Notes: generated by a model from the letters alone, not told the origin. Shown: positions 25,668-40,937, numbered from the whole stretch's first letter. The stretch: 63,714 nt of DNA, filler included, from Octopus bimaculoides (GCF_001194135.2; 4 parts of 4 records of this genome joined end to end with filler, not necessarily neighbours in it); one strand, 5' to 3'. Numbers and translations: made by a program.

Positions 25668-25901
25668 AACGCGGCGAGCTGGCAGAATCGTTAGGATGCC
25701 AGGCGAAATGCTTAACGGTATTTCGTCTGTCGTTACGTTCTGAGTTCAAATTCCGCCGAGGTCGACTTTGCCTTTCATCCTTTCGGGGTCGATAAATTAA
25801 GTACCAGTTATGCACTGGGGTCGATCCAATCCACATAATCCCTTTGTCTATCCTTGTTTGTCCCCTCTATGTTTAGCCCCTTGTGGGCAATAAAGAAATA
25901 A
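25668..25901 (+). mobile_element. SINE family A, well preserved (gtgggcaataaagaaataa tail type)
   Basis: gcggcgagctggcagaatcgttagg...gagttcaaattccgccgaggtcgactttgcctttcatcctttcggggtcgataaattaagtacc. Confidence 0.92.
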
Positions 25902-26479
25902 GTATTATCATAGAATATTAGCGAGATCTAAATATATTTCAGTATGTGGGGGTTGATTGTACATGTATATGAATGTCTGTCAAGGTTGCTACTCACAACA
26001 AACATAGCCCTTCATATAACGAGGTGGTCTTAGATTTGTATTATATTGTTGCAGTGAATAGATACAAAGGTATTTTCAGTGAGAAGTTGGTGGTGATGCG
26101 TAGTTTTGATATATTTGTGGTGTGGTGTGGTTTGTTACGAATAGGTTATGAAATGCACTCAAGGAGAACTTTTCGTAGATTGTAGATGTGTAAAAGAAGA
26201 TAATTTGCTTCAACCACCAGCAATAATAATAGTGATTTCTAGCATTGACACAAGGTCATACATATCTCGGAATGAAACAGAGTTGGCTGAACTGATTTTT
26301 ATATGTGATAGTTGAGTTAGATAGAAAATCTATGAAGAGAAAAGAGATTTTTTTAAAATATATTAAAAAGAAAAAGGAAGTATACGACTACAAAGACCAT
26401 GGTCTCGGTAAAAAAAAAAACCAAAAGCTTCAACATACTTCATACTTAGCAATACTCAGATAAGTAGGGACAGATCAAG

Positions 26480-26865
26480 AAAACAGTACAGTTTCAGAAT
26501 ACCTTTGAACATAGGCCTGATCGATCAGAGTCGAACAGTGACTAAGCAACAAAAACAAAAACAACAACAAGAGCATGTATATTTTACCTAGTGTACCTTG
26601 AATACGATAAAAGACAGTTGAGTTGCTGATTGCTGCACAACAACAAAGTCTTCCGGCGAAAAGCATATAATGAAGCAGAATATATAACCTAACATTAAAA
26701 TATGCAGAAATTGTGCAGAAATAATCAATCACATTATTTCTGGTAGCGCTGCACCGTCTTTGCAATTTAGATATCACAAAGTTGAATTTCCATGCAGTTA
26801 AAATTCTCGTTTATATTTCAGAATCCAGGAAGAGAAAACCAGACACACACACACACACACACACA

Positions 26866-26933
<68 letters not shown>

Positions 26934-27330
26934 TTTATCAATACGCTGATCGACAAGATATAGAAAATGATATTGTAAGTCTTACGGGACGTAGCAGTTC
27001 TCATTGACAGACCAAATAAAGGTAAATCGCGTGAATATCTGAATATCAAAGGCCATCAGATAGAAAAAAAAATGTATCCTAAAGATATATCAATTACAGC
27101 TGACGACAACATATCTCTGAAACAAATGGAGCAATTATGTAAACATAAAACCACGAATACAGATATCCAGAACGTGGTTATTGGAAACAGAAGCAATCCT
27201 GAAAATAATATATATCCTGGGAATACTAAAAAGAGGATTATTACCGAAATCCCATAACTTAAACATAAACAAAGTATTAGTGCAAATAGTTCAAACCAAC
27301 GAGAAAGTAGTCACTCTTGGCAAATTAGAA
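26480..27330 (+). mobile_element. Decayed R4/Dong-type LINE fragment split by a (CA)n(TA)n microsatellite
   Basis: ELLIAAQQQSL, zinc-knuckle remnant CRNCAEIINHIISG, and DISITADDNISLKQMEQLCKHK, which is homologous to DVSIPTDDNVSLKEMEK.SKYK in the copy at 1-289. Confidence 0.8.
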
Positions 27331-27659
27331 ATAGAGTCCAAGTCTTCTTTAAATTCTACTTCAATATTCATTAAAAAGAAATAAACGTATTGGGTAATGA
27401 AGCCCTTACATACACTATCCTTGGATAAGAGTATGGGATAGTCACGAGTGGAATGTCTTTCAACATAGATCTACTAGATCAGAACTGATATGGGGCTAAA
27501 CAACAACATAAGAGAAACTTTACATATTATATGTAGAAGCCCTTGATAGTAACAAAGAGAGCACAGCTTTGTATATAATCAACGTATATATAGCTGCACG
27601 TATATGTGAATATGTAATGAGAGGGCATAGTAACAGTAATATCACTGAATTAATATTAA

Positions 27660-28153
<494 letters not shown>

Positions 28154-28869
28154 GAGAGTGGTTGCATTGGCAAAAACAGATACAACACTATTTGCAAAAA
28201 AAAAAAATCTTTTGCAAGCGTTGCGAGTCACAGGAAGCCTTCCCAGCTCAACGTCTTGCGGACTGATAAGGCGGAAATGGAACTTGAAATAAAAGGAAAG
28301 TCGTCGTGTAGAACGCAAAGTGATCGAAAGGGGAAAACAAAAGAATAGACTCAAAATGGAAGATAAGCAGAATGCTGGAAGTTCTCTCCACAGGCTACCA
28401 TTAGTCCACCCGATAGTCTAAACTTCACGGTTCTTTGAATGAGTAACTTGAGTCTAGCAATGAAACTGCTGAGGAAGCTAAAGGCAAAATAAGCTGTGAT
28501 GGTTGGGGAGGAGATTGGGCGCATGCTGCAAACAAAAACCTCACAAACTAGCAATGCCTAACAAACACTGTCGATTGCTGCGAGAGACTTTTACAGTTTA
28601 GCCGAAAATGCCCCATATCTGACTTTAGAAGAATCAAGGGTAAGAAGCCTGATTAGTGAAATCTGCCCGAAAGTTGCAACAAGATAGGTTACGCAATGTG
28701 CAAAGAAGAAAATTATCAGTGTTGCAGAGAAGTCGTGATCTTAAGATGTCACAGTTTCTTGCAGCTTTGTAATAAAAGCATGTAATGTATTGTATTAAAA
28801 TTTTAACATTTGTCTATCTTGTATTGTGTTCTCTCCAGTTCATTTATCGTATGTGTACATTATTCTTTT

Positions 28870-29088
28870 ATTCTTTTACTCATTTCAGTCATTTGACTGC
28901 GGCCATGCTGGAGCACCGCCTTTAGTCGAATCAAATCGACCCCAGCACTTATTCTTTGTAAGCCTAGTACTTATTCTATCGGTCTCTTTTGCCGAACCGC
29001 TAAGTTACGGGGACGTAAACACACCAGCATCGGTTGTCAAGCGATGTTGGGGGGACAAACACAAACACAAAAACATATACACACACAT

Positions 29089-29126
<38 letters not shown>

Positions 29127-29285
29127 GACGGGCTTCTTTCAGTTTCCGTCTACCAAATCCACTCACAAGGCTTTGGTCGGCCCGAGGTTATAGTAGAAGA
29201 CACTTTTCCCACGGTGCCATGCAGTGGGACTGAACCCGAGACCATGTGGTTGGTAAGCAAGCTACTTACCACACAGCCACTCCTG
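28870..29285 (-). mobile_element. Full composite SINE B-(TA)n-C
   Basis: Reverse complement closely matches 32945-33360. Confidence 0.92.
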
Positions 29286-29539
29286 CACTTCTCCATATAT
29301 TTTGTAATCTTTTTAGTATAACATAAATAAACCTTTATTATTACTACTCGTCGAGCTCACGTCCGAAATGTATCAGTTTGAGCCAAGGTTTAAAATTCTT
29401 ATTATTACTTTAAGTAGCAACATTACGTTGTACGTATAAAGAGAAATTAGCAATGACGAATTGAAATTTCATTTCCTTTCTTTCTTTTTCACTGTTACTA
29501 TTTCTTTTATGTGCATGGCATGGATGATGCACCTGCATA

Positions 29540-30030
29540 TACTAAGACAGAGACGGGAGGTGCAGAAAAGGAGGAGGAGGAGGAGGAGGAGCGGAGAAGG
29601 GAAGGATAAGGAAAAATGAGGTGAGAAGGGGAGAAGGAGGGGAAAGAGATGAGAGGGACGAGGGGAGCAACAAGGGAGAAAGGGGAGGAGAAGTAGGAGG
29701 AGGAGGAGGGCAGAGCAGAGCAGAAGGGAATGAGAAAGGGCGAGGAGTAGGGGGTGAAGAGGAGATGTAATATAAGGTGGGAAGGAGGCGAGGAGGAGGT
29801 TGAGAGGTGCTGGTGGTAATGGTGGGAGGTTGGTTCTGGAGAAGAAGAAGAAGAAGAAGAAAAAGAAGAAGAAGAAGAAGAAGTGGAAGTGGAAGAAGAA
29901 GAAGAAGAAGAAGAAGAAGAAGAAGAAGAAATGAAGAAGAAGAAGAAGAAGAAGAAGAAATGGAAGTGGAAGAAGAAGAAGAAGAAGAAGAAGAAGAAGA
30001 AGAAGAAGAAGAAGAAGAAGAAATGAGATG
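29540..30030. repeat. Polypurine tract with (AAG)n arrays
   Basis: Direct reading; source of the poly-F/S/E ORFs. Confidence 0.95.
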
Positions 30031-31545
30031 AAGCGAGGCGAGCAGTGGTGAGGGCGAGAGACTTGGGATTGAACAACAAAAAATACAGAGCAAGAAAGCG
30101 GGTGTGGGGGTGGGGAGCAACAGCAGAAGAGCACGACTTTACGTCACGATTACATGAAATGAAGGAATACAAATAAAGATAATGTAATCCAATAAATACA
30201 AAAGAACTACAGAAATACTAAACACCCACATACACAGAATGGGAAGAGAAGAGAGAATATAAAAATGAAAACAAATTTGAAATGTAATATTAGCTACCAA
30301 GAGTTTCTGGGAAATTTCTGGGTATGTGTGTGCGTATGTATATATGTATATATGCATGTGTGTGTGTGCGGGCGTGTGAGTGTGTGTGTGTGTGTTTGTG
30401 TGGATGGATGGATGATATATTTACAGGTATGTATGTCTGTCTGTATATATATATATATATATATGTATATACATGTACATGCATACGCGCACGCACGCGC
30501 GCGTGCAGACATAGTGTGAGAGTGTGAAAGAGAAAGGGGATTAGAAAAGTGGAATTCCTTCGTAATTAACGAAGTTTGAAACGCTGAGCATGTTAAAACA
30601 GGGAACAGGTTAAAAGAGTGTACCTGTTACAACGGGAACATGCTGACGCAGAGTACGTGTTGAAACAGCGGACATGTTAAAAAAGATATTTGTGGTTCCG
30701 AGGGAGATGTTTCACAAATAGGAAGTCGGGGGGAAGGGTTGAACATAAGAACGCACGAAAGAAAGAAAGAAAGAAAGAAAAAAAGAAAAAAGAAAGAAAA
30801 AAAGAAAAAGAGAAAGAAAGACAGATAAGAAATGTAATGGAAAATGGTCTATACACGAAAACAAAAATTTGAAAAATGACTACCTGAAGAGTTTCATTTG
30901 ATTCCTACTCCGTTACTGTAAACTCAATGTGTATATATGTGTGTGTATGAGTATGTACATGGGAAACAATTTCATAAAAAATGTTAAACAGAAGACACGA
31001 CTGAAGTTTCATCTTTTTTTTAATTAAAAATGATTCCTACTTCTTTATTAGTTTTTTTTTTTTATTGTTTAGTTTAATATTTTAAATGTTTGTTAGAATA
31101 ATAACGTTTCAAGACCTCTTCAGATTAATTTTCTCGGTGAAGTTTTTGATAGTGGCGTTTTCTAGTATACAAGTATTATAGAAATGCTGTTGCAAATGAA
31201 AGTTATCAACACTCAAATTAATATTCTTTAACAGTTAACTCTTGTTTATTATCAACGTTTAATTAATTTGGACATTTCAGTGTTTTAATCTAGCTTGTGT
31301 TTTCTCTACTAATAAAACTTGCGTAGTTAATCTTCTCAATTTTGCAGTATTCTTTATAGGAAGGTCGTGTTGTTAGCTATGATTCTTTATCTAGTTAATG
31401 TTCCATGTTCAGTATTCTAATGTACTGTAATAATTTCTTGACGAAAATGCATCGAACAACGAGAAAGTGTTACAATTGTGTACGCGAGGATGCAAAATTT
31501 GAAATCTATGCATTTAAGTCCATGCATCATTTTGCATTAAAATTC

Positions 31546-31654
<109 letters not shown>

Positions 31655-31721
31655 TTCTCTCTCTCTCTCTATCTCTCTCTCTCTTGCTCTCTCTATCTCT
31701 CTTTCAATGTACATATCAGGG

Positions 31722-32020
31722 GTGAAGGTGCGTGGCCTAGTAGTTAGGGTGTTGCCCTCACGATCGCAAGACCGTGGTTTCGATTCACAAACCGACACTG
31801 CGTTGCGTTTTTGAACAAAACACTTCATTTCACACTGTTCCAATCTGCTCGGCTGTAAATGGGTAACCCTACGACGGAGTGGCGTTCTGTTCAGGGAGAA
31901 TATTGACCTACATACTTTTTCAGTGATGTGGCATCATTCGAAAGCGACAACAATGCGATGAAGCGCATTGTGACTAGCAGTGTATAACAACATCCGATAA
32001 CCTGGTTCATACAGTGATGT
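31722..32020 (+). mobile_element. SINE family F (tRNA head plus CORE/Nin-like block)
   Basis: gcgtggcctagtagttagggtg (A box), ggtttcgattc (B box), tttgaacaaaacacttcatttcac and ctcggctgtaaatgggtaacc. Second copy at 42835-42992 (-). Confidence 0.75.
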
Positions 32021-32054
32021 ATTGATATTGATATATATATATATNNNNNNNNNN

Positions 32055-32089
<35 letters not shown>

Positions 32090-32944
32090 GCACACACACA
32101 CACTAAGATAAGTTTCGGCCAGAATTGGCTCAGGCGTTGTTTAAAACTTAATAGCACCACCTGGAAAATGCATTTAATGACGTTTCATATTACATTCATA
32201 CTTTGGGCACCATAGCCCTTTCAAGTAAAGAGTTATTATCTGCAGATATATATATATCAGTGTGTAGGTAGTTTACTTGGAATTTGTGGGGGACATTCGT
32301 CCAGTATGCGTTTGAATGTTATGAAATCTTTTTCTTCTCTTATGTACCTTGGCATGATATTAAAGAGATCAGCTGAGGTGAAATAGTTCTGCCTCGATGT
32401 TGTGATGTGACGCGAGCATGATTTTTGTGGAGGACGGATGGCACGGGAACCAAGCCTTGGGTGAATTTTAAAGTCGATGCCAACACCATTTCGGCAGTAC
32501 TATTGGAATATTTTCCACATCATACAACTAGTATAGCACCCACGGCGACGTTGGAAGGAATAAAGTTTGAGATTCTCTTGTCATGTCGTCTATTTTCCTT
32601 GGGATCGATCTCAGGGGTGCTTCGATTTTTATAATGTTTTGTGTAGGGAGACATCAGCGGACAAAAAGATTCAAGGTGAGGAAGGGGTGATGGTGGGGAA
32701 GAATAATGGTAGCGGGGTCTTTAGACCGAAAAGTCCTGTGGATCTAGGAGCACACCCTGCTGACCATGTCGAACTTGTTTATGTGGGCACTTCAGCTTAA
32801 GTTACTTAAGAACGGTTACTTCAAGGTCCCTAGCAGTGTTTGATGTCACAAGATTTTTCACCCGAGGGAAAAGTGTATGCTAGCTTAAGTGCAGCTTCGT
32901 TTAGCCTAGTATTGCGTTCTCTCATACATACATACGTACATACA

Positions 32945-33360
32945 GGCGCAGGAGTGGCTGTGTGGTAAGTAGCTTGCTTACCAACCACATGGTTCCAGGT
33001 TCAGTCCCACTGCGTGGCACCTTGGGCAAGTGTCTTCTACTATAGCCTCAGGCCGACCAAAGCTTTGTGAGTGGATTTGGTAGGCGGAAACTGAAAGAGG
33101 CCCGTCGTATATATGTATATATATATATGTATGTGTATGTATATGTTTGTGTGTCTGTGTTTGTCCCCCACCCCACCATCGCCTGACAACCGATGCTGGT
33201 GTATTTACGTCCCCGTAACTTAGCGGTTCGGCAAAAGTGACGGAAAGAATAAGTACTAGGCTTACAAAGAATAAGTCCTGGGCTCGATTTTCTCGACTAA
33301 AGGCGGTGCTCCAGCATGGCCGCAGTCAAATGACTGAAACAAGTAAAAGAGTAAAGAGTA
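32945..33360 (+). mobile_element. Full composite SINE B-(TA)n-C
   Basis: ggcgcaggagtggctgtgtggtaag...ggttcagtcccactgcgtggcaccttgggcaagtgtc...(TA)n...gtttgtccccc...gcggtgctccagcatggccgcagtc...(gagtaaa)n. Confidence 0.93.
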
Positions 33361-35104
33361 ATACATACATTACATCCATACATGCATACATACATACATA
33401 CATACATACATACATACATACATACATACATACAAACGAAATTTCCTGAATTTTGATACTGATTTTCGAGTCGCCATTTATTTAAATATTTGAATAATCA
33501 GCAACCTGAGATTCCGATATATCAGTCGAGAGGCTTCAGTTTCTCAGGAAATGTTCCAACCCAAATCCTAATGAAATGTACATAATTTATTTTATAGGCT
33601 GAGGATTTCTTTCTTTCTTTGTAAACACATTCACTAATCTCTATCTATCTATTTATTTTTGTGTGTGTGTGTGCGTGTGTGCTTGCGTGGGTGCGTGCGT
33701 GCGTGTAAGTATGTTTGTGAGTGCATGCATATATTTATAAGTATTTATGTATATTCATTTCATGATATGTTATTCTTCTACTTGACTTTTAGACAAATAT
33801 ACGGAATCTTAAATGTATGCAACGAGAATATTATCAAAGGTATTTATACTAAAGGGCCTCCAATTCAGAGGGATATTTATTTCTATTTCCTATTATCAGA
33901 AGAAAAGGAAGAGCTATATCTATTTTCTATGGTTCTACCTTGTTCTTTGTAACTTCTCTTAATTTGTCTACTTTTCTCCTAATTTGTGTGTGTGTGCTTT
34001 CGTGCGTGAGTGTGTGTGTGTGTGTATGTGTGCGTGTGGGGGGGNNNNNNNNNNGGTGTAGTTTGTGTTCCATATTATATTCTAGTCTCTGATCAGCCTT
34101 GATTGGGTATGTGAATAATTAAAAGCGCGCTAGGCAGAAAGTCTCATTTATTCAGTCATACTGTATCTACCATTATATTGTCCAGTGTGTTTTCTTAATT
34201 TTAATATTTTTCGGTGTGATTTGAGGGGAACTTTGCTGCTATTTCTCATCAATTTAGAGGAAGCACACAGTCTCTTACATCGACATATTTTGTTGTTGTT
34301 GTTGTACGTAGTAAAGTCGCTTACATTTTGGATGAAGTGACTGTAACTGCTTTTGATCTATTGGGAAATTATCAAGCAATAGCAACTACATCAACAACAT
34401 CAGGACTTATTATCACAAAATGCAGCAAGAGAGAGAGAGAGACGAACTGTTGTAACAGCGTCAACAATAACAACACCGAAATTAACTTTTAGCAATATTT
34501 TAATGTTCTACCCCGCCACAACACCCTTCTTACACCCATTTTCCGCCTTATATACATAGGCACACAGAGAATGAGAGACATAGATACATGCATAGAGACA
34601 TACACACATGTCTGCGTGTGTGTTTGTATGTGGCTGACGACTAGCATCATGCTTGAAACTCAAGAGTACCAACGAATTTCAATCAAACTGTTTTGATCCA
34701 TATATTTAACTCCCAATAAATTGGTTGAGTACCCGTCTTTCGTTTGTCCACTCACTCATATGTGTGTGTGTGTGTGTNNNNNNNNNNNNNNNNNNNNNNN
34801 NNNNNNNNNNNNNNNNNNNNNNNNNNNNNNNNNNNNNNNNNNNNNNNNNNNNNNNNNNNNNNNNNNNNNNNNNNNNNNNNNNNNNNNNNNNNNNNNNNNN
34901 NNNNNNNNNNNNNNNNNNNNNNNNNNNNNNNNNNNNNNNNNNNNNNNNNNNNNNNNNNNNNNNNNNNNNNNNNNNNNNNNNNNNNNNNNNNNNNNNNNNN
35001 NNNNNNNNNNNNNNNNNNNNNNNNNNNNNNNNNNNNNNNNNNNNNNNNNNNNNNNNNNNNNNNNNNNNNNNNNNNNNNNNNNNNNNNNNNNNNNNNNNNN
35101 NNNN

Positions 35105-35141
<37 letters not shown>

Positions 35142-36583
35142 TCGTGGTAGTAATGTGGGCAAAATATAGTCTCGTTACGATTATATAGAAGAAAAATTGA
35201 GTATAGGTGGTAGGTAGAATGCACAAGTGAAGACACAAACATCGAAGCCATTCTTCCTTCATCTGCTATTGACCAAAGATCGAAGCAATTTCAGCACGTT
35301 AACAACAGGATTTCGCCCATGGGAGACCTAGTAATAAATGTTATTGGAGAACAAGGACAGGACGACAAGTATATGAAAATATACGAACAATTAGGTACAA
35401 TAAATATTTAAATCTACCAACCTAATGAGAAGTTAATTTGTGCAACTAAGACAAATAGAACACAGGACTTAGTCACAGAAATATAAAACAGTGAATGTCT
35501 TTCGACTGGGTTTTCCTCTACGCAATCCAATATTACTCTTGAGTAAAGAAAAATTTAATTACACTACAAACAAGTCAAACAGACATGTATACATTCTCAG
35601 TTGACACACATTCAAGTATATATATATATGTATACAAGGCGACACCCAGCATGACCGAACTTTAATAATTGAAACAAGGAATAAACAAATATGCATGTAT
35701 ATGTGAGTGTTTGTACATACACACACACATACATACATACATACATACATACATACATACATACATACATACATACATACATACATACGTACATATGTAC
35801 AGCCTCTGCTTTTGCTCATATCATTATTGACATTTTGTATGTTCAAGAGTATACACATCAACGTTGATTTTTCAATACCCTGAAATAATTATCCCCCATT
35901 TTATACTTTAGCAACGCCTTCATTTTCCGTATATTCGTTGTGCACATATATGAATGCTTGTGAATGTGTATATGTGTGCTTGTATGTTTATATCTGCTGC
36001 AATGTGCAATATAATTAAATATTTCCTTACTCAGAATGTTCACCTCTAAACATCCACATGTGTATGTGCGTGTATATGCGTGCATGTGTATATGTCTGTG
36101 AATGGGTATATGCTTTTGTTGAGTGTGTGGGTATATGGTATAAGTGGGGTTTTTTTTTCTTTTAATATGATAGCTTTTTCCCAGTTGTTCCTAATCAACT
36201 AATTGAAAAGACAAAACACATTAATTAGAAAACAAGTAATTATCAAAATTTTAAAATCGTATTGTGCTGTAATGATGGTTTCTTTACAGACAAGGTAGTA
36301 GCACTAGCTGATCTAATTACAGTGTAATTTAGTAGCAGAGCCGACCGACACGCTGTTGGGTCAGGAGGGGATTGTGCCATTTTAGTCGTTTTCTGCTCGC
36401 TAGTGAGAAACGGAGAGGGATTAGAAGGTAGAGGGCAGGGGAGCGAATTGGATAGATTGATTGCAGAATGATTGCATACTTGATTGATGAACAGTTAGTT
36501 GGTTGCAACCGTAAGGGTAGATATATGATCGAAATACAAGAGACACTTAGCCAGATGTATTAGTTTAACAGAAAGAGCTAGGC

Positions 36584-36627
<44 letters not shown>

Positions 36628-36714
36628 ATATAAGACAGAGATAGAAAAAGAAAGACATAGGCCCAAGCAAATAAACTGAGAAATAAATCGATCCATCCGT
36701 AGATTGATAGAAAC

Positions 36715-36718
36715 ATTG

Positions 36719-36763
<45 letters not shown>

Positions 36764-36840
36764 CGGACGGACGGACGGATGGATGGATGGATGGATGGAT
36801 GGATGGATGGACAGATGGACAGATGGACGGATAGATGATG
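36715..36840. repeat. Compound tetranucleotide array (GATA)n-(GACG)n-(GATG)n
   Basis: Direct reading. Further (GATA)n arrays at 37780-37873 and (CTAT)n at 63535-63650. Confidence 0.95.
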
Positions 36841-37801
36841 TTTAGGTTTTACTGTTGTTTGTTTGGGGTTTTTTTGCTATTTGTTTCACGCTTTTGTTTT
36901 TTTTGTATTTTTTTTTGTTTTGTTGGGTTTTTTGTTTGTTTGTTTGTTCTTTTTTTTGGGGGGGGGTCAGAAGTGAATGTTTGCTATCACTGGGACTAGA
37001 TTCTTTAATATTATATTGACACGATGCTTCGCATTAACAGAGGAAGAGAAAAGAAGAAGGAGAAAATGTTCTGCTTCGTGCCATTCACAATGGTTTAAGC
37101 AATGTCAGTGAAGCGGTTCCAACGCTTTATTTCAAACTTTTATACTTCTGAGTATTTTTGTATAGTTATTCATGGCGTTTTCTGATTCTTCATCTAAATT
37201 CTCCTCATTTATGATCTTCATCATTTATTTGAAGAGCGGGTATCATAGAATCACTTTCAAAGAGACAATAGATTCGTATTTCATATAAAGTTATACTTAA
37301 CATCCCTGTATCAAAACGACGGGGAAAAAAGCTTTCTGGTAATGGCCACAATGTCACGCTGATACATTTTTAACAGAATGTCAGGATGACAGTGTCACAA
37401 AGCTCAAAATTCCCAGACACAGGTCATGACGTTATACCAATTGTCTGGTGACAGAATGACAAAACTTATGTTGATAATGGATAAAGTTGATTTTATTTAA
37501 TTTTGTTTTCGCTTTTTTATATTCGGCAAAATATTACGGGTTTTGCTTGTTAAACTTAGGTTGTTTCGACTTTATAAGTTATAAGACTATGAGTATTTTG
37601 AGGTAACTCTTACTATTACTTATATATAAATTAATTCCCTCAGTACTTAGAATGGTACGTTTAGTTGCTCTACATCTAGTAAGGGCGAAGTTAACATTTT
37701 CAGTTTTTACCTCACTTTAGTGCGTACATTTACACGAGTATACACAAGAACTATCATGCACATATATTGTATATATTACATATAGATAGATAGATAGATA
37801 T

Positions 37802-37873
<72 letters not shown>

Positions 37874-38069
37874 TTTTAAAAAATAGTGGCCGGGGAAACG
37901 AAGGTAGTCAGGGACGACATAAATTAACAATGACGTTCTAGAATTTCGTTAAATTCGTATGTAGCTGGAAAATGAATTTGATGTCTCTCTCTGTCTCTTT
38001 CTCTCTCTCTCATTCTCACTCTCTTTCTCTCTCTTTTTGTATGTGTGTGTGAGTATGTATGTATGCATA

Positions 38070-38106
<37 letters not shown>

Positions 38107-38775
38107 NNNNNNNNNNNNNNNNNNNNNNNNNNNNNNNNNNNNNNNNNNNNNNNNNNNNNNNNNNNNNNNNNNNNNNNNNNNNNNNNNNNNNNNNNNNNNN
38201 NNNNNNNNNNNNNNNNNNNNNNNNNNNNNNNNNNNNNNNNNNNNNNNNNNNNNNNNNNNNNNNNNNNNNNNNNNNNNNNNNNNNNNNNNNNNNNNNNNNN
38301 NNNNNNNNNNNNNNNNNNNNNNNNNNNNNNNNNNNNNNNNNNNNNNNNNNNNNNNNNNNNNNNNNNNNNNNNNNNNNNNNNNNNNNNNNNNNNNNNNNNN
38401 NNNNNNNNNNNNNNNNNNNNNNNNNNNNNNNNNNNNNNNNNNNNNNNNNNNNNNNNNNNNNNNNNNNNNNNNNNNNNNNNNNNNNNNNNNNNNNNNNNNN
38501 NNNNNNNNNNNNNNNNNNNNNNNNNNNNNNNNNNNNNNNNNNNNNNNNNNNNNNNNNNNNNNNNNNNNNNNNNNNNNNNNNNNNNNNNNNNNNNNNNNNN
38601 NNNNNNNNNNNNNNNNNNNNNNNNNNNNNNNNNNNNNNNNNNNNNNNNNNNNNNNNNNNNNNNNNAGTACTAGGTTTCCAAAGAATAAGTCCTGGGGTCG
38701 ATTTGCTCGACTAAAAGGCGGTGGTCTAGCATGGCCACAGTCAAAAAGACTGAAACAAGTAAAAGAGTAAAAGAG

Positions 38776-38825
<50 letters not shown>

Positions 38826-39187
38826 GTATGATTGTATGTATATGTATATATACATAACACAGCTTGTATAATTTGTAAGATTTAATTTAATGTTTCCTTT
38901 AATTTAATATTAAGACGTAACTAAATATTTCTTAACGAAGTCAGACAGTTTTTCAATGTTCATTCTTTTATTCCTTTATTCCTTCATTTCTGTTACCCGA
39001 GAGTTATTGCTAGTAAGCTTAGAATGCATTTTAGTCGTTTCGTTTATTTTTTTCGTATTTTGCATCTTTTAGAAAATAAAATACATTAAATAGCATCACA
39101 ACAAAAGATATTTGTATATGTGTGTGTATATATATATGTATATATGTGTGTATACATATGTATGTACACATACACACACACATATAC

Positions 39188-39236
<49 letters not shown>

Positions 39237-39653
39237 NNNNNNNNNNNNNNNNNNNNNNNNNNNNNNNNNNNNNNNNNNNNTTAATTAATTAANNNNNNNN
39301 NNNNNNNNNNNNNNNNNNNNNNNNNNNNNNNNNNNNATTATATATAACTCTCTATCTCTCCCTCTCTCTCTCACCATCTCCCTGCCTATCTTCACTTCTC
39401 ACTACCTCTCTCTCTCTCATCCTCTCTCTATTCTTAATTCTCTTTCTCTCATCTTCTGTGTATCATTCTCTCTCTCTCTTTCTCAATTCCTCTACCTGTC
39501 TCTTACCTCTTCCTTTCCCTCTGCTTATCTCCCACTCATTCTCCCTCTCTATCGTTCTTACCCTCTTTTTTTCCACTCAAGTTCATATCACACCTTACAT
39601 TTCTACACCCCTCTCTATCACTTCCCCACTCACTCACTCACTCTACCTTGCCT

Positions 39654-39693
<40 letters not shown>

Positions 39694-39856
39694 CTTCTCC
39701 TTCTCTCTCTGTCTCTGCCTCTCCTCTCCCCATCTCTCTCTCTCCCTCTTATACTNNNNNNNNNNTGTATATATATATATTATATACATACATATATACA
39801 TATGTATATATATATACACATACATATATGCATATATATATATATACATATATAAT

Positions 39857-39892
<36 letters not shown>

Positions 39893-40458
39893 TATATATA
39901 TATACATATCTATATACATGTATATATACATATACATATATGTGTATATATGTATTTATATATATACACACCCACACGTGTATATTTTTGTGTGTGTGTG
40001 TGTGTGTGTTCCTATTCAGATACAATATACATATATCTCAATATATCTATCTTTATCCTCAACTTGTTCCTATTCACGTATAGATAAGCAGACAGACAAA
40101 CAGACGAGCGGGCAGACAGACCGACAGAACCTGTAACTAACCCCTAACCCTTAACCCCTAACACCCCCAACCCCCTTATCTTGCCAATATTTCCTCGAAA
40201 TCCCTCATCTTTTACTCTTTCCAAATGAAATTTTAATATGTTTTCCTATTTTCTATCCATAACTCATTTACATTAAAATTTTATCCATATCGCCACACAC
40301 ACACACACACGCACACACGCACACATGCATACATATACACACTTGCATGACATGAGTGTGTATGTGTATTTTTGTGTATATATGTATGTATATATGTATA
40401 TGTATATACGTCTGTATATGTGTACATATGTGTGTGTATTTACTTTTATATATGTAAT

Positions 40459-40517
<59 letters not shown>

Positions 40518-40937
40518 GTCTTATATATGTATGTATGTATGTATATGTATATTTGGCTGCAATGGAACGCACCCAGTGCACTCTGTAAAGGGGTCGGTAA
40601 ACAACCGTAAATGATGAAAGGTCAAGGGGACCTTTATGTCATGCTAAGGACGCGACAACCTCATTAGTGTTGGTGTCACGATAAAGTACACCCATTTCAT
40701 TAGGAAAAATTGTTGCTGACAAAACGGTCATCCAGCCCTTGGAAGCCAGGTCTTCTAAAATGTCACGATAGAGTATTTACAAGGCCGTCAGGTAAAGGTA
40801 AGTAACTCGTCCGGTTTTGACTGATCGATTACATAGACGACAAATTTGTGCCCACTCAACAACCGTGGAATGACCTATAAGTAGGAGATGTAATGCTTGA
40901 ATGTGAATGCTGAGATTAATGATTGATTCAGGGCACT

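Noticed and set aside
28597-28639. 43-nt AG/GT-bounded plus-strand exon candidate
   Set aside because: No compatible neighbouring exons or recognisable homology; such matches are expected by chance.
31103-31126. Hammerhead-like CTGAAGAGGTCTTGAAACGTT on the minus strand
   Set aside because: Stem II is too short to form; indistinguishable from chance.
32400-32810. Possible CR1/L2-type LINE relic, or a 29-nt plus-strand exon at 32647-32675
   Set aside because: Motif hints (LGSR, DH) fall on conflicting strands and the micro-exon has no partner; unresolved, so not called.
40135-40175. Telomere-like CCCTAA repeats (also TTAGGG-like at 12785-12830)
   Set aside because: Only two or three degenerate units; not a telomeric array.
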